This document shows, piece by piece, positions 60,361 to 64,000 of a stretch of DNA of 64,000 bases (its first letter is position 1; every line of letters begins with the position of its first letter). Where the stretch lies: contig CBDCTJ010000001.1 of NCBI GenBank assembly GCA_965222115.1, positions 544,001 to 608,000 of the forward strand, read 5' to 3'. The translations under genes and the position numbers were made by a program. The DNA comes from Planctomycetota bacterium (lineage in GTDB: Bacteria; Planctomycetota; PLA2; JAEUHO01). The notes beneath the pieces were generated by a model that made no database searches, had not been told where the DNA came from, and saw only the letters and a program-made list of their open reading frames with translations.

Positions 60361-60786
60361 TTACTCCTGCCACGAGGAGACATCACACAACTCCAAATTG
60401 AAATTCTCTAAAATTCTTAACAGCCGCTGAGACACTATCAGCTCATGCGAAGAATCGACGCCAGCGTCATCATGCCCGGACTCTCCAGTGATAAACAACC
60501 TTCTAAATTTCGGAACTACCAAATCAGGATCGAACTCAGATTGATCTCTATGGACTGTTGTTTTCATGGATCCTATAGAATACCCAGTCAAGTTCGCGTC
60601 CTTAAGTGCGTCGCTCAATCGCGGTGTAACCGCATAACAAGGAAAGCACTCCACCAAATCGTCGCCAGACCAGTTAGAGATTTCCAGATGAAATGCACTC
60701 ACGTCTGGAGGATGAATCGATGTGTCAAGTTGCGACATCACTCCCAATTCACCTGGCACGTCTGGCGTAAGACGGAAGAAATTCAT
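60361..60786 (-). CDS. Cognate immunity protein of the upstream nuclease toxin
   Basis: Starts 4 nt after the toxin stop; P.V.G.LG...DTSIHPP.V...W.GDDLVECFPC..VT.RL; acidic, 141 aa. Confidence 0.75.
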   Translation of the reverse strand: MNFFRLTPDVPGELGVMSQLDTSIHPPDVSAFHLEISNWSGDDLVECFPCYAVTPRLSDALKDANLTGYSIGSMKTTVHRDQSEFDPDLVVPKFRRLFITGESGHDDAGVDSSHELIVSQRLLRILENFNLELCDVSSWQE

Positions 60787-60790
60787 AGGA

Positions 60791-63700
60791 CTACCTCACC
60801 GGTGGCACGAACAAATGTCCGTATCGATTGTCAATTGTAGTAGCAAAGTCCAATAGATCCTGCTTTGAAGGACGAGGATTCGCCTTGTACCAGCGATTCC
60901 ATTCCTTTCGAATCGCACTCAAGTGTAGCTTGGAATTGAGCTTCTTCGGGATGCCCCGAAGATTCTCAAGAGAGTGCAGTTCATTGCCTGATAGCTTGAG
61001 GTGCGGGTAACGCCTTTGCACGCTCTGCTCTACCGCATGATGAACCACGACCTTGCCGCGAAGCTCAGGATTCGCCTCAAAGAATGTCTTGCGATAGTCA
61101 ACACGCGTCGCATTGCCAAATTTTGCTCCCGCCTCAGAAGTGGTTGAACGCCTTACCTTCCTCTTTCGAGTAGCCTTCATCCTCTTTACCTTGACTTGCT
61201 TTTTCGAATCGGGTCCTCGATCTGGCTTGTCCGGCTTCTTCGGAGGCTTACTCGGCGGTGGTGCCGAACTACCCGGCTGCGGGACGCCCTCTGGCTGCTT
61301 GGCTTCGGGGGCCTTACGTCGTCTTGTCTTATTGTTATTCGGAGTGCCTATTGGACGAGGCTTTGAGCGCCTTCTTCTAGCCGTCGGCACCGGCGTAGAC
61401 TTAGGACTGCCAGGAGGTCGCTTTATGACCTTCGTCTTCTTTGCGACCGGTGCACTAGATGCTATGGCCTTTGCAATATCAGATTGTTTCAACTTTCCCA
61501 GCTTGCTGGCAACGGCTTTGCCAAGTTTCCCGACAGGGATGAGATCACCAAACGCCGAGATAATCAAAGAGTTCGGCACCGGCTCATGCTTGAGCATTTT
61601 CGCGCCGATCTTTGCAATATCGCTACCGCTCACTTCACCGACAACCTCAAGTACCTCAGCTACGTCCGCGGACTTCTGCTTGGCGAACGTCTGAACGCTC
61701 TTTGGTAGGAGCGACCGAGCCGCTTTTGCGACATCACGTATCGCCTTGGGGCCATACGTGCCTGGAGGACGCGACACACAATCCAGTTTGGCATTCGCCG
61801 GAATGCGAATCACCTGTTCGTGCTTACCAGCCTTGTACTGTAGGTGTTTTTCGTAGTAATTCTTGGCATCGGTGCCGCGCATGGCAAACACAGCGCCGGC
61901 CAAAAGGAAGTAGACGACGTAATCTCCTCCCTCATCAGTCCCCCCACTCAAGTAGTACATCGTTATCTTCTGCCTATCGCGCACTTCTCCAACTGTTGTA
62001 CCCTTCTCGCAAGCCTTCTTGGCAAACTCAACTTGCTCGTGAGGAAACGTCATCCCGGACTCTCCCGAGGGGGCCCTGGGAGGTTTGATGGGAGGCGGAG
62101 GTTTCTTGGTGGGAGGAGGAGGTGGTGGCGGCGAATCAACTCCACCGTACCCATGCCCCGCTCCGGGAGGAGATACGCGGTTGCGGTGCCCGCCCGCATC
62201 GCTTTTACCGTCGTTCTCATCGCTCGATTCAGGAGGAACAACCGGAGGCTTAAGAGGAACAGCGATTGATGTCGTAGGGCCTTTTGCACCGCCGCCTGCT
62301 CCCGCCCCAGGCGCCTTCTCCTTGGCTTTAGGCGGCTCATCCGGATCACTCGTACACTCGCACTTTCCGGGAGGCGGGCAGGTTTCTATACACTTTTTCT
62401 TGGCCTCCTGGAGCTCCTTATCGCACTTCTTCTTGAACTCTTCTTCGCGCTTCTTTTTGCGCTTTTCGAGATCGTCTTTCTCTTGTCCTTCATTTCCCTC
62501 AAGAGGCTTGTCATATCCATTTAGCTCATCGAGGCGGGCCTCTTCATCCGCGGTTTGCTCTGCACGTAGTTCAGATAGTTCCTGCTCAGCGGCCTTCTTC
62601 TCGTCCTTGCTAGCCTCGGGATCGTCCTTGACCTTCTGAAGCGCGTCCATCCTATTATCGCGACGGGTGCGCTCCTTCTTTCTCAACTCATAGCGCCTGT
62701 CTTTTCGATCGCGACGCTGCTTAGCACGCCTTTTGAGCTCGTCGAGTTCCCTCTGTCGTTCACGCTCAGATAGTTCGAGTTCCTTCTTCCTGCTCTTCTG
62801 CTTTGGGCTCAACTTGATCCCAAGATCTTCAGACGATCCAAGAGACTCTTTCTCCAAGTTCTCACGGTCGAGTTGATACTCACGAAAATCGTCACGCACT
62901 GCTTCGCGCGAATCGATATCTCGCTCGCGTCTCATGCGCGCATCACCCGTTCGGCTTCGATTGTTACGAATACGTTCGCGCGCCGTGGATCGCGCACTAC
63001 GTGCGACGTTAGAGGCCTCTCTCCTCCTCTTGCGCAGATTTCTACTTCTTGTGGCACTATTAGGCGGGCGACGTGCTTCTTTCTCAAGGTGCCTAAGCTC
63101 GGCTTCCATAGCACGAGAAGCTGCTTCGTACTCTCGACGTGCCTGTTGGGATAATTCGTTCTTGCCGGTAGTTGCCGACTTCATGGCTTCGAGACTGTCG
63201 CGAACATCATTCTTGGCAGATTCTAAATCCGATCTTGACAGATCCATCTTGTTCCTGAGCATATTCAAATGCGAATTGACCTTCAGTCGTGTTTCTTCAA
63301 GATCCGAGAAGTCATTCCCTGTCTGTTCGTGATCTTCTCGTCGAGCACCTTCGACTGACGACTTCGCCTGACTCTCTCGAAACCGGTCTTCTTTTCGCTT
63401 GACTAGATCGCTCAGCTTGTCTCTTGCAAGCTCAAAAGCCGCTCTAGCTCTGTGATAGTTCCACATGACGAATGTCCGTTTCGCAACCGCCCGACCAAGT
63501 TCGACCCCCGGACTGCTCCCTCCTCCACCTCCGCCACTTGGAGTAGAGGCAACCAGCCCCCCTGGAGCGCGAGATTTGTAGTTTCCCGCTACATATCGAT
63601 CCTCTGCAAGAGGAGCTGGCATCTGAACATTGCTCGGAGGCAGAACTCCGCCCTTAGTTCCAGGCTGGAGCGCAACACGTCCACCCAAGTAGTCTCCAGG

Positions 63701-64000
63701 CATACGTGCAAGACTCTTACTTGCAGTAGTATTGTGTTGGCGGCGCGGCGAATTCCGAACGAGTCGCCCAATGCCAGAGGAAGCGGTGGTAGGTTTGCCT
63801 GGATGCGAAGAAGGGGCGAGTGCTTGAGCTCTCGCGAATCGTGGCGTAGATGGTGCAAGCGGACGCGGTGCTCCATATCGCGCTACGCGAACTTCGGCCT
63901 TGGATGGTATTGGCGCACGCGTTGAACGCGAGATCGTGGGACCTCCGAACGAACTAGCAAGATCGTATGGTCCCTTCTGACGAATTGGCTTTGCTGATTT
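60791..64000 (-). CDS. Large polymorphic toxin (5'-partial, at least 1069 aa) with coiled-coil/Pro-rich body and C-terminal HNH-like nuclease
   Basis: The frame of ORF 60791..63703 stays open to the window edge (manual translation). C-terminus YRKTFF...VVVHHAVEQ...HSLENLRGIP...H..IRKEWNRWY. A small gene follows immediately. Confidence 0.8.
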   Translation of the reverse strand, partial: KSAKPIRQKGPYDLASSFGGPTISRSTRAPIPSKAEVRVARYGAPRPLAPSTPRFARAQALAPSSHPGKPTTASSGIGRLVRNSPRRQHNTTASKSLARMPGDYLGGRVALQPGTKGGVLPPSNVQMPAPLAEDRYVAGNYKSRAPGGLVASTPSGGGGGGSSPGVELGRAVAKRTFVMWNYHRARAAFELARDKLSDLVKRKEDRFRESQAKSSVEGARREDHEQTGNDFSDLEETRLKVNSHLNMLRNKMDLSRSDLESAKNDVRDSLEAMKSATTGKNELSQQARREYEAASRAMEAELRHLEKEARRPPNSATRSRNLRKRRREASNVARSARSTARERIRNNRSRTGDARMRRERDIDSREAVRDDFREYQLDRENLEKESLGSSEDLGIKLSPKQKSRKKELELSERERQRELDELKRRAKQRRDRKDRRYELRKKERTRRDNRMDALQKVKDDPEASKDEKKAAEQELSELRAEQTADEEARLDELNGYDKPLEGNEGQEKDDLEKRKKKREEEFKKKCDKELQEAKKKCIETCPPPGKCECTSDPDEPPKAKEKAPGAGAGGGAKGPTTSIAVPLKPPVVPPESSDENDGKSDAGGHRNRVSPPGAGHGYGGVDSPPPPPPPTKKPPPPIKPPRAPSGESGMTFPHEQVEFAKKACEKGTTVGEVRDRQKITMYYLSGGTDEGGDYVVYFLLAGAVFAMRGTDAKNYYEKHLQYKAGKHEQVIRIPANAKLDCVSRPPGTYGPKAIRDVAKAARSLLPKSVQTFAKQKSADVAEVLEVVGEVSGSDIAKIGAKMLKHEPVPNSLIISAFGDLIPVGKLGKAVASKLGKLKQSDIAKAIASSAPVAKKTKVIKRPPGSPKSTPVPTARRRRSKPRPIGTPNNNKTRRRKAPEAKQPEGVPQPGSSAPPPSKPPKKPDKPDRGPDSKKQVKVKRMKATRKRKVRRSTTSEAGAKFGNATRVDYRKTFFEANPELRGKVVVHHAVEQSVQRRYPHLKLSGNELHSLENLRGIPKKLNSKLHLSAIRKEWNRWYKANPRPSKQDLLDFATTIDNRYGHLFVPPVR

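Noticed and set aside
56034-60361. Classical integron with attC cassettes
   Set aside because: Site ends are GATACC/GGTATC rather than RYYYAAC/GTTRRRY, and no IntI-like tyrosine recombinase is visible in the window.

Overview
Bacterial chromosome segment, GC-rich by eye and probably Planctomycetota (inferred from lepA-lepB-lptB order, a HEAT+VWA protein, repeated CxxCH planctomycete-type cytochrome domains, EF-hand proteins and a Ser/Thr kinase). Bases 1-51.6 kb are mostly core genes: tRNA-Ile2(CAU), two ABC systems, topA, Leu/Phe/Val dehydrogenase, dinG, rsfS, nadC, tandem MauG-like di-heme proteins, dapF, rph-rdgB-lepA-lepB-lptB-etfBA, a two-component pair, birA, an rdgC gene pair, an Arg/Lys-rich protamine-like gene and a sigma54 activator. 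Two copies of a 246-bp MITE lie between convergent genes. From about 52 kb to the end is an accessory island that looks lower in GC. It holds a large polymorphic toxin (open past the window end, HNH-like C-terminus) with its cognate immunity gene, followed by orphan immunity-like genes and toxin or IS fragments. The most notable observation is that nearly every small gene in this array has an AGATA(C/T)CRA-like motif 0-4 nt after its stop codon. These motifs form the arms of imperfect GATACC...GGTATC hairpins and also bound two internally deleted copies of an HUH (Y1/RAYT-like) transposase element. This suggests, as a hypothesis only, an integron-like but HUH-transposase-associated cassette system for toxin/immunity genes. 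All calls come from reading the sequence and ORF track; no database searches were run.
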